A stretch of 38,677 nt of DNA from Gemmatimonadales bacterium (GTDB lineage Bacteria > Gemmatimonadota > Gemmatimonadetes > Gemmatimonadales > GWC2-71-9): assembly GCA_035688895.1 (NCBI GenBank), contig DASSML010000169.1, forward strand, positions 1 to 38,677. The letters are read 5' to 3'. Each line of letters opens with the position of its first letter. Within the stretch, counting starts at the first letter, position 1. The notes under the pieces are model-generated. The model was not told the DNA's origin and did no database searches. It worked only from the letters and a program-made list of their open reading frames with translations. Below, piece after piece: positions 8,927-16,806 of this stretch. The translations under genes were made by a program, and so were the position numbers.

Positions 8927-9672
8927 GGATCGGCCTCCAGCGCGGCGACGTCGGCCGCGCCGATCTCTCCGGCGTGGAGCGCACTCGCCACCAGCACGCC
9001 GTCACATCCCACATCGCGCATCCGATCGAGATCGCGCCGCGTCCGCACCCCGCCGCCGGCAAGGAGCTCGGTCGATCCCACGGCGCGCCGCAGCACGGCC
9101 AGAAGCCGGAGATCGACCCCGCCCCCGGTACCGACCCGGCCGAGATCCAGCACCAGGACGGCTCCAGCACCGGCTTCGACCGCCCGGACCGCCAGCGACT
9201 CCGCGTCGGACGCGGCGAGCGCCTGCAGCCCCGCCTGCACCACCGGCCGCCCGTGGCGCAGGTCGAGACTGAAGACAACCCGGTCGCCGCCTACGGCCGT
9301 CACCACGGCGGCGAGGTCGCCCACCCCGCGCAGAGTCTCGAGCCCGACCACGACGCGGGTCGCGCCGCGCCGGAGCAGTGCCTGAGCCATCTCCGGCTCC
9401 GTGACGGCTCCGTCCACCAGCAGCATCCCGGCGAGCGGAGCCAGCTCCTCGATCGACTTGAGCTGCGGTGCTTCGCCCTGGATGGCATCGAGGTCGGCCA
9501 GATAACATTCCCGCGCGCCCAGCCGCTCACGATAGCCCTGCAGCAGGGCCCGCGGATCCCCCAGTGAGCGCGGCGCGAGCGCCGAGCGAACCGGCTGGTA
9601 GCGCGCCCGATCGCCGGCACGGGCGTGCACGGCGACGCCGTGCGAAAGGTCGAGCACTGGAATGATCCGCAT
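8899..9672 (-). CDS. HisA/HisF-family (beta/alpha)8-barrel protein of the H4MPT-biosynthesis cluster
   Basis: Start is taken at the ATG giving MRIIPVLDLSHGVAVHA, the canonical HisA/HisF N-terminus. The C-terminal LLAGGGVRTRRDLDRM phosphate-binding pattern is present. The 41 upstream codons of the track ORF are not credited. Confidence 0.65.
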   Translation of the reverse strand: MRIIPVLDLSHGVAVHARAGDRARYQPVRSALAPRSLGDPRALLQGYRERLGARECYLADLDAIQGEAPQLKSIEELAPLAGMLLVDGAVTEPEMAQALLRRGATRVVVGLETLRGVGDLAAVVTAVGGDRVVFSLDLRHGRPVVQAGLQALAASDAESLAVRAVEAGAGAVLVLDLGRVGTGGGVDLRLLAVLRRAVGSTELLAGGGVRTRRDLDRMRDVGCDGVLVASALHAGEIGAADVAALEADPQSDANASR

Positions 9673-10270
9673 GCCGCATTCTACTCCCCACCCCGCGCCG
9701 CCGACCAGAGTGCCCGAGGCCGGCGGCCCGATCGTGGTGAAGGTCGGCGGCGGGCTCCTGGCCTCCCCGGGCGCACTGGGCCATGTCTGTGACACCCTCG
9801 CCCGCGCGGCGCGCGGTCGCGCGGTGGTAGTCGTGCCGGGGGGCGGCCCCTTCGCCGATGCGGTGCGGGAGTTCGAGCGCCGGTTCGGCTTGTCCGCCGA
9901 CGCGGGACACTGGATGGCACTCCTGGCGATGGATCAGTACGCGCACGTTCTGGCGGAGCGGATCCTTGACGCCGACCTGGTGGAGGACGTCGGCGGGATC
10001 GGCGCGGCGCTGGGCCGCGGACGGATGGCGATCCTGGCGCCCTATCGCTGGCTCCGGAACGCCGACGTGCTGCCCCACGGCTGGGAGGCCACCAGTGACA
10101 GCGTCGCCGCTTTCGTCGCCGGGGCGCTGGACGCCTCACGGCTCGTTCTGGTGAAGCCGGCGGACGACCTGGCCGAGCCGGTGGATCGGGCCTTCGCGAG
10201 CGTGGTGCCGGCGGGACTGCCGGTGGCGATCGTGGGATGGGAGCGGCTGGAGGCGGCGCTCTCGCCCTGA
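9662..10270 (+). CDS. Amino-acid-kinase-fold protein (aspartate/glutamate/uridylate kinase family; possibly MfnE-like)
   Basis: PIVVKVGGGLL and VVVVPGGGPFAD are the N-terminal nucleotide-binding motifs of the AA-kinase fold. The start is uncertain: ATG 9662, ATG 9671 or GTG 9710. Confidence 0.55.
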   Translation: MIRMPHSTPHPAPPTRVPEAGGPIVVKVGGGLLASPGALGHVCDTLARAARGRAVVVVPGGGPFADAVREFERRFGLSADAGHWMALLAMDQYAHVLAERILDADLVEDVGGIGAALGRGRMAILAPYRWLRNADVLPHGWEATSDSVAAFVAGALDASRLVLVKPADDLAEPVDRAFASVVPAGLPVAIVGWERLEAALSP

Positions 10271-10271
10271 G

Positions 10272-13200
10272 CTACGCGGCCCCGCTGCCGCGAGCTCGGC
10301 GGCCGGCGGTGGTCGCGGCAGCCAGGTAGGCCGCAAACCGCTCGGCCGGGACCGGCCGGCTGAAGTGATACCCCTGCAGCTCGTCACATCCCTGGCGCCG
10401 GAGCACCGCCTGGTGCGCCGCGGTCTCCACCCCTTCGCCCACCACCCGCAGACCCAGCGCATGGCCCATGGCGATGATCGCCGTGGTGATCGCCGCGTCG
10501 TCCGGATCGGTGGTGATCTCTCGGACGAAGGTGCGGTCGATCTTGAGAGCATCGAGCGGAAAGTGCTTCAGGTAGCTGAACGACGAGTACCCGGTGCCGA
10601 AGTCGTCCACCGAGAGATGCAGCCCCATCGCGCGCAGGGCGTGCAGGACGACCACGCCCTCCTTCTGGTGGTTCACCAGCACGCTCTCGGTGAGCTCGAG
10701 GCCGAGGTACCGGGCATCGAGCCCCGTGGTCTGCAGGATCCGGGCGACCGTCTCGGTCATCCCCCGGCGGAGCTGGCGGCTGGAGAGGTTCACCACCACC
10801 CGCAACGCCGGAAGTCCCTCCATCTGCCAGGCCCGGTTCTGGAGACAGGCCCGCTGGATGACCCACTCGCCCAGCGGTACGATGAGGCCGTTCTCCTCCG
10901 CGAGGGGCACAAACTCGGAGGGCATGAGGAGCCCCAGATCGGGGTGGCGCCACCGCACCAGCGCCTCGGCGGCCACGGGCCGCCCGGTCCGGGCCTCGAC
11001 GATCGGCTGATAGTGGACCTCGAACTCCTCTCGCTCCAGCCCCCGACGGAGGGAGTGCTCCAACGTCAGCCGCTGCAGCGCCGAAGCGTTCATGGCCCGG
11101 GAATAGGCCTGATAGCTGCCGCCTCCCTGCTCCTTCGCCTTGTACATCGCGGTGTCGGCGTGCATCAGCAGCATCTCGAGGTCTTCCCCGTCGTAGGGGT
11201 AGATGGCGATGCCGATGCTGGCGTTGACGAAGATCTCCCGTCCCTCCAGCCGGAACGGGTGGGCCAGGCTGGAGAGAATGCGGCGGGCCAGCTTGGCGGC
11301 GTCCTCCGGATCGGCGAGCCCCGGCATGATCACGGTGAACTCGTCGCCGCCGAGGCGGGCGACCTCCGGATCCAGCGCGGACGAAGCGGGGACGACTTCG
11401 TCCTCCCGCTCGCGGCACGACGCGCGGAGGCGCCCCGCGACCAGCTGTAGCAGGTGGTCGCCTGCCTCGTGCCCGAGGGTATCGTTGATGCGGCTGAAGT
11501 GGTCCAGGTCGATGAACAGCGCCGCCACCAGCCGGCCGTGACGCCCGGCCTCCTCGAGCGAGCTGGCCAGCCTGTCCTTGTAGGAGAGCCGGTTGGGCAG
11601 GCCGGTGAGGCTGTCCACGTACGCAAGGGTGCGCACCTGCTGCAGCATGCGCGCGTTGGCCAGGGCGATGGCGACCTGGTCGGCCACCCGGCGCGCCTGA
11701 ATCCGAGCGTCCTCGTCGGCCGGGCTTACCCCGCGGTCGCCCAGCGCCACGACCCCGACCAGCTGGTGCTGGTAGCGCAGCGGGAGGACGCAGAACGAGG
11801 CGGCTCCCAGCGCGCCCAGCGGGGCGAGATAGGCGGGCAGCCGATTCTCTTCGGTGCGCTGCACCAGTCGGACCTCCGCTCCCTCGAGGAGATCCTGCAC
11901 ATCCTCGGCGTGCAGGTCGATCCGGGCGTCGTGGCGAATGTTGGCGGCGTAGTCGATCGTCACCGCGGGAAGGGACTTGGCTCCGTCCGGCGCCATCAGG
12001 ATCACGCCCACGATATCGCAGGGGTAGATGTCGGGCATCCGGCAGAGCAGCGTACCCACGATCTCGTCGGCGTCGGTCGCCGCCAGCACCGCCCGGTCGA
12101 TCTCCGCGGCGGTCGAGAGCGCCTGGAACTGGCGGTCGAGGCGGCCGGCCATGGAATTGAACGACTCGGCCAGCTCTTCCAGCTCGTCCCCGCTCCGCAC
12201 CGTGATCCGGCTGGAGAAGTCGCGCTCGGCGATCCGACGGGTGCCCTGCTGCAGCGCCTGGAGCGGCACCAGGCTGCGCCGGATCTGGTCATTGCTCACG
12301 ATCAGCACCAGCAGGCTCGCCAGTACGACGACGAGCAGGAACATCCGGGTGAAGCTCACCATCGGACCGAGCACGTCATCGCGCGACTGGCTCAGGATGA
12401 GGGTCCAGACGGGCCCCGAGAAGACCTCATCCAGATAGATCACCTGGGTGGACGAGATGTACGGATCGGGCGACACCGCGGCCGCTGCCGACGGGGGCGT
12501 CGCCATTTGGGCGTCCGGCTCCCAACCGGCCTCGGCGGCGGTCTTGGCGAACAGCAGGTGCCCCGAATCGTCCCGGATGGTGATCCGGGTGTCGCGCGAC
12601 GGCAGGCTCAGATCGAGCGAGCCCCAGAGGAACTCAGGTCTGACCTCGCCGACCAGCATTCCTTCCGCCTCCCCGGCTCGGCCGATCCGGCGGATCAGGT
12701 AGACCTGTCGTTCGCCCCGCGGCCCGGGTCGGGTAACGATCAAGGGAACGCCGGCCGCGAGGTCGGCCCGTTCGGCGGTGGCCACCGGCGGAAGCTCTTC
12801 CATCTGGCCGAACACCGGCGTGCGCCGGCCATTGTCCGCCACGAACTCGAGGGCGACGAAGCGCCGGCTCGCCAGGAGGTCGAGGCCGGTGCTCAACCAG
12901 CGTCCGGCGTCCAAGTCGGTCTGGCGCTCGGCCCCGAGTCGGGTCCGCGTCCTGCTTCCGTGCGGGAGACGGGTCTGCGGAGCCGGCTCGGTGCTAGTCG
13001 GCGGTAGGGTGCGCGGGTCGAGCAGTTGTTTGACCGCAATGGGGGGGATGCTCTTCAGGGTAGCGTCAAGCAGGAGCAACCGCTCGAACATGGCCTGCGC
13101 CAACGCCTCGGAGGCGTGATCGAGACGGCTACTGCTTTGCGCTTCGAGATATCGGGTGACATGGCGGTAGGAGATCGACGCGACCAGCGCGATCGGTACG

Positions 13201-13349
13201 ACGGCACAGCCGACGAACAGCATGAGCAGGCGGCGACCGAACCTGCTCCTTAGCGGCCGGGGCTGTAGCGTCACGAAATCTTCCAGGCACGAGTAGCCGA
13301 TCAGACCCGCGGGACCGCGACCGAGGTCGCCTCCCGGCTGCGGAGGCAA
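10272..13349 (-). CDS. Membrane sensor diguanylate cyclase/phosphodiesterase (TM - periplasmic domain - TM - HAMP - GAF - GGDEF - EAL)
   Basis: Two hydrophobic segments (LLMLFVGCAVVPIALVASISY and MFLLVVVLASLLVLIV) flank ~270 aa. A HAMP-like RRIAERDFSSRITVRSGDELEELAESFNSM follows. The GGDEF motif is intact (RLGGDEFTVI). EAL-domain signatures are intact (EALVRW, DDFGTGYSS, LKIDRTF, EGVET, QGY). The N-terminal start (TTG 13349) is uncertain. Confidence 0.85.
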   Translation of the reverse strand: MPPQPGGDLGRGPAGLIGYSCLEDFVTLQPRPLRSRFGRRLLMLFVGCAVVPIALVASISYRHVTRYLEAQSSSRLDHASEALAQAMFERLLLLDATLKSIPPIAVKQLLDPRTLPPTSTEPAPQTRLPHGSRTRTRLGAERQTDLDAGRWLSTGLDLLASRRFVALEFVADNGRRTPVFGQMEELPPVATAERADLAAGVPLIVTRPGPRGERQVYLIRRIGRAGEAEGMLVGEVRPEFLWGSLDLSLPSRDTRITIRDDSGHLLFAKTAAEAGWEPDAQMATPPSAAAAVSPDPYISSTQVIYLDEVFSGPVWTLILSQSRDDVLGPMVSFTRMFLLVVVLASLLVLIVSNDQIRRSLVPLQALQQGTRRIAERDFSSRITVRSGDELEELAESFNSMAGRLDRQFQALSTAAEIDRAVLAATDADEIVGTLLCRMPDIYPCDIVGVILMAPDGAKSLPAVTIDYAANIRHDARIDLHAEDVQDLLEGAEVRLVQRTEENRLPAYLAPLGALGAASFCVLPLRYQHQLVGVVALGDRGVSPADEDARIQARRVADQVAIALANARMLQQVRTLAYVDSLTGLPNRLSYKDRLASSLEEAGRHGRLVAALFIDLDHFSRINDTLGHEAGDHLLQLVAGRLRASCREREDEVVPASSALDPEVARLGGDEFTVIMPGLADPEDAAKLARRILSSLAHPFRLEGREIFVNASIGIAIYPYDGEDLEMLLMHADTAMYKAKEQGGGSYQAYSRAMNASALQRLTLEHSLRRGLEREEFEVHYQPIVEARTGRPVAAEALVRWRHPDLGLLMPSEFVPLAEENGLIVPLGEWVIQRACLQNRAWQMEGLPALRVVVNLSSRQLRRGMTETVARILQTTGLDARYLGLELTESVLVNHQKEGVVVLHALRAMGLHLSVDDFGTGYSSFSYLKHFPLDALKIDRTFVREITTDPDDAAITTAIIAMGHALGLRVVGEGVETAAHQAVLRRQGCDELQGYHFSRPVPAERFAAYLAAATTAGRRARGSGAA

Positions 13350-13376
13350 CTCCCGTGCCCTTCAGCGATTGCATCG

Positions 13377-14162
13377 TTAGGGGGACAGCGGAGCGATGTG
13401 GGCGGCGGGCTCTGGCATTTCGCGACTGGACGGTAGGCCGGACTGCCCACCTTCCTGGTCGAAAGTCGCGCGAAGTTGGTGCAGGCGGTGGGGATCCAGA
13501 CTCCCGGACCGGCCACCTCGACACACGGCACCCCGGACGCCGATCACGTCGGGCCCGATGTTCCGCAGGACGTTGAGGTCGTCCGCGACGATGCTCCCCG
13601 CCAGTGCCGTCAACAGGCCGGCGCGTCGCGCCCGGAGCACCCACACGGTCAGCGCATCCACCGACAGGTGCCGCAGCAACCCGCGCCCGTCCTTGATCCA
13701 GGTATCGATCAGGACTCCGTTGGCACCGGCACCGATCGCGGCGTCGAGAATGCCGTCGGGAGACAGGGCTTCGGCGCGCCCGAAGTCGGCGTACGATGCC
13801 GCGATCACCGCGACCGACGGGCCGAGTTCGCCGGCCTGCTCCACCGCCCGGCGAAGGACGGCCGAGACCTGCTCCGGCCGGGAGACCCCGGCGAAACCGA
13901 TCTTGAGGAAGGTGCCGCCCGCATGCACCGGCGGAGCGAGGCGATCGAGCACGTCCGCCAGCTCAGCGGGCACGGTCGCATCGCCTAGCGCGACGCCGAG
14001 GGGCACGTGGGGCGGGAGTGTCTGCTCGATGGCGCGGAGAACCGACCTCGACACCGGGCCGAGAGGGCCGGCGTCCGGCTCCTTGGCATCCACGATGTCG
14101 GCCCCGTTGTTCGCAGCCAGCACCGCTTCGTCGGCCGACCGGACACTCACCAGCAGTCGCAT
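13377..14162 (-). CDS. mfnB: MfnB-like 4-(hydroxymethyl)-2-furancarboxaldehyde-phosphate synthase family protein (DUF556)
   Basis: Start is taken at the ATG giving MRLLVSVRSADEAVLAANNGADIVDAKEP.GPLG. This matches the MfnB/DUF556 N-terminus (LLVS....EA......GADIIDVKNP..GSLG) as recalled. Confidence 0.65.
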   Translation of the reverse strand: MRLLVSVRSADEAVLAANNGADIVDAKEPDAGPLGPVSRSVLRAIEQTLPPHVPLGVALGDATVPAELADVLDRLAPPVHAGGTFLKIGFAGVSRPEQVSAVLRRAVEQAGELGPSVAVIAASYADFGRAEALSPDGILDAAIGAGANGVLIDTWIKDGRGLLRHLSVDALTVWVLRARRAGLLTALAGSIVADDLNVLRNIGPDVIGVRGAVCRGGRSGSLDPHRLHQLRATFDQEGGQSGLPSSREMPEPAAHIAPLSP

Positions 14163-14180
14163 GCGACTCCCTTGTGAGAA

Positions 14181-14202
14181 GCTAACGCGCTGATATGTTA
14201 GC
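14181..14202. promoter_or_regulatory. Operator-like inverted repeat GCTAAC-N10-GTTAGC in the divergent mfnB-like/SDR intergenic region
   Basis: Perfect 6-bp arms at 14181-14186 and 14197-14202 lie in the AT-richest part of the 82-nt divergent spacer. A related GCTAGC palindrome sits at 14212-14217. A possible TTGTGA-N16-TATGTT promoter (14172-14199) overlaps the repeat. Confidence 0.3.
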
Positions 14203-14244
14203 ATTTATGAAGCTAGCGCAGACTGGGCAGCCGCGGGAGGCGAG

Positions 14245-14997
14245 GTGAGCTTGGCAGGCAAGGTCGCTGTGGTGACCGGCGCCTCCAGCGGGATCGGTCA
14301 GGCCATCGCTCTGGCGTGTGCTAACGCGGGCGCGGATCTGGTCGTGAGCTACCAGCACAACCGGCAGGGAATCGACGAGACGGTCCGGCGGGTGGGCGAG
14401 GCCGGCCGCGTCGCCGTTCCCGTCCAGGTCGACATCAGCCGCGAAGCGGATGTCGAGCGTCTGTCTCAGACAGTCCAGGAGCGCTTCGGCCGGGTGGACG
14501 TCTGGATCAACAACGCAGGCGCCGACATCCTCACCGGTCGCGGAGCCAAGCTGTCCCGCGCGGAAAAGCTCGAGCTGCTGCTCGCCGTCGACGTCCGGGG
14601 CACCGTGGTGGCCTCGTGGGCGGCGGTCGGACTGATGCGAGCGGGCGCGGGCGGCGTGATCCTCAACATGTCCTGGGATCACGTGACCCAGGGAATGAAG
14701 GGGGAGAACCCCATCCTCTATTCGGTCGCGAAGGGCGCGATCGCGAGCTTCAGCCGCTCCCTCGCGCGCGAGGTGGCCCCTTCCATACGGGTAAACATTC
14801 TGGCCCCGGGCTTCATCGAGACCGCCTTCGGCGAGGAAGCCGACCCGACCTGGCGGGAGGAAGTGGTGGCCCGGACCCCGATGGCCCGTTGGGGTGTTCC
14901 CGAAGATGTGGCGCAGGCGGCGGTATTCCTCGCTTCCGACGCCGCCGGATTTCTTACCGGGCAGACCCTCGCCGTGAACGGCGGCGTGGTGATGTGA
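14245..14997 (+). CDS. Short-chain dehydrogenase/reductase (FabG/pteridine-reductase-like SDR)
   Basis: GTG start. VTGASSGIGQAIA Rossmann motif, NNAG, and the catalytic Y-x-x-x-K (YSVAKGA). 250 aa. Confidence 0.85.
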   Translation: MSLAGKVAVVTGASSGIGQAIALACANAGADLVVSYQHNRQGIDETVRRVGEAGRVAVPVQVDISREADVERLSQTVQERFGRVDVWINNAGADILTGRGAKLSRAEKLELLLAVDVRGTVVASWAAVGLMRAGAGGVILNMSWDHVTQGMKGENPILYSVAKGAIASFSRSLAREVAPSIRVNILAPGFIETAFGEEADPTWREEVVARTPMARWGVPEDVAQAAVFLASDAAGFLTGQTLAVNGGVVM

Positions 14998-15040
14998 CCC
15001 GGACACGATGGACAATGGCAGCACGCACAAGGAGATGTAT

Positions 15041-15403
15041 ATGCCGGCAACCAAGGAAAAGACCTACTCCGATGCGGAGATCGCCGAGCGGCTGAAGGAG
15101 CTGCCGGGCTGGTATTACGAGGACGGCTGGATCCGGCGGGTGTACAAGACCGACGGCTGGCCGACCACGCTCATGCTGGTGAACTCGGTCGCGTACCTGG
15201 CGGAGGCCGCGTATCACCACCCCGACCTCACGGTCACCTGGGGCCGCATCATCGTGAAGCTGCAGAACCACGCGGCCGGTGGGATCACGGACAAGGATTT
15301 CGAGCTCGCCCGGAAGATCGAGGAAGTGGCGCTCTGGCGGCCCCAGGGCGGTGCGCTCGAGGGAACCCCGAACAAGTGGGTCCGGTCGGGGGATCCACGG
15401 TAG
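15041..15403 (+). CDS. Pterin-4a-carbinolamine dehydratase
   Basis: LPGW...DGW.IRRVYKTDGW, AAYHHPDL and the ~120-aa size match the PCD/PhhB family. AAGGAG at 15029-15034 is best spaced for ATG 15041. The track ORF starts at 15008. Confidence 0.8.
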   Translation: MPATKEKTYSDAEIAERLKELPGWYYEDGWIRRVYKTDGWPTTLMLVNSVAYLAEAAYHHPDLTVTWGRIIVKLQNHAAGGITDKDFELARKIEEVALWRPQGGALEGTPNKWVRSGDPR

Positions 15404-16806
15404 AGCCGGAGCGGCGCCGGATCCTTTTCGTCACCGGCAAGCTCGCCGAGCCCGCGCTTCGCGAGGTCCTGCGGGAGATGGATCCGCCGTTCGAAGCGCG
15501 GGTGGCGGTGCTCAAGATTACGGTGGCGGCGCTGATGACCACCAGCTGGATCGCCCGGTTCCTCGAAGTCCCCGAGGGCACCGACCTCGTCCTCATCCCT
15601 GGTTTGTGCGAGGGCGATCCCCGGGTGATCCAGGAGCGGGTCGGGGTACCGGTCGAGAAGGGCCCCAAAGACCTGCGGGAGATTCCCCGCTACTTCGGTC
15701 AGGCGGCCGTACGCGCGGAGTACGGCGCCTTCACCGTCGAAATTCTCGCCGAGATCAACAACGCCCCCCGGCTCACCCGCGAGGCGGTCCGCGCCGCCGC
15801 CGACTATTACCGGGCCAGCGGTGCCGACCTCATCGACGTCGGATGCACCCCGGGCCTCGCCTACCCCGACCTGGGCGCGGTGGTGCGGGAGCTCCGCGCG
15901 GCGGGAATGCGGGTCAGCATCGACAGTTTCGAGCCGGACGAGATCCGCACCGCGGTCGAGGCCGGCGCGGAGCTGGTGCTGAGCGTCAACCGTAGCAACC
16001 TGACCGTCGCCCGCGAGCTGGCAGGCACCTCGGCTCGGGTAGTGGTGATCCCCGACCTCGGCGAGGGCCTCGACAGCCTGGAGCCCAGCCTCTCGGCGCT
16101 CGAGGGCTGGGGAGTCGGGTATCTGATCGACCCGGTCATCGAGCCCATCGGCTTCGGCTTCATGGCCTCGCTCGAGCGGTACGCCGAAGTCCGCCGCCGG
16201 TACCCCGACGCCTCCCAGCTCATGGGGATCGGGAACATCACCGAGCTCACCAGCGCCGACACCACCGGCGTCCACGCGGTGCTCCTCGCGATCTGTGAGG
16301 AGCTGGGCGTCAAGGCGGTGCTCACGACGGAAGTGATCCCGTGGGCCCGCGGCGCCGTCCGCGAGATCGACATCGCCCGCCGGCTGATGCATCACGCCGT
16401 GAGCCGCCGGACCATCCCCAAAGGGGTGGACGACCGGCTGGTGACGGTCAAGGATCCGGCGATCCTCGAGTACGATGAGGCCGAGCTTCGTCGCCTGCAC
16501 GAGGCAGTGACGGACCCCAACTTCCGGATCTTCACCGATCGGACGACCATCACCGTCTTCAACCACGAGATCTTCGTACGCGGCACCGACCCGCAGGAGA
16601 TCTTCAGCCAGCTCGGGGTGGATGAAGCGACTCACGCCTTCTATCTCGGACGCGAGCTCATGAAGGCGCGGCTGGCCATCACGCTGGGCAAAACCTACCG
16701 CCAGGAAGGCGCGCTGGCCTGGGGGTACCTGACGCCGCCGGACGACGTCAAGTCCGACCACGTGACCTTGACACAGCGGAAGCGGCGCGGCGGCCGCGCT
16801 CGGTGA
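15376..16806 (+). CDS. Dihydropteroate-synthase-like protein of H4MPT biosynthesis (pterin-binding domain plus C-terminal extension)
   Basis: 476 aa. ASGADLIDVGCTPG and SIDSF follow the DHPS pterin-binding barrel pattern. The long C-terminal domain is as seen in methanopterin-type DHPS homologues. The stop overlaps the pabB start (GTGA). Confidence 0.65.
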   Translation: MGPVGGSTVEPERRRILFVTGKLAEPALREVLREMDPPFEARVAVLKITVAALMTTSWIARFLEVPEGTDLVLIPGLCEGDPRVIQERVGVPVEKGPKDLREIPRYFGQAAVRAEYGAFTVEILAEINNAPRLTREAVRAAADYYRASGADLIDVGCTPGLAYPDLGAVVRELRAAGMRVSIDSFEPDEIRTAVEAGAELVLSVNRSNLTVARELAGTSARVVVIPDLGEGLDSLEPSLSALEGWGVGYLIDPVIEPIGFGFMASLERYAEVRRRYPDASQLMGIGNITELTSADTTGVHAVLLAICEELGVKAVLTTEVIPWARGAVREIDIARRLMHHAVSRRTIPKGVDDRLVTVKDPAILEYDEAELRRLHEAVTDPNFRIFTDRTTITVFNHEIFVRGTDPQEIFSQLGVDEATHAFYLGRELMKARLAITLGKTYRQEGALAWGYLTPPDDVKSDHVTLTQRKRRGGRAR

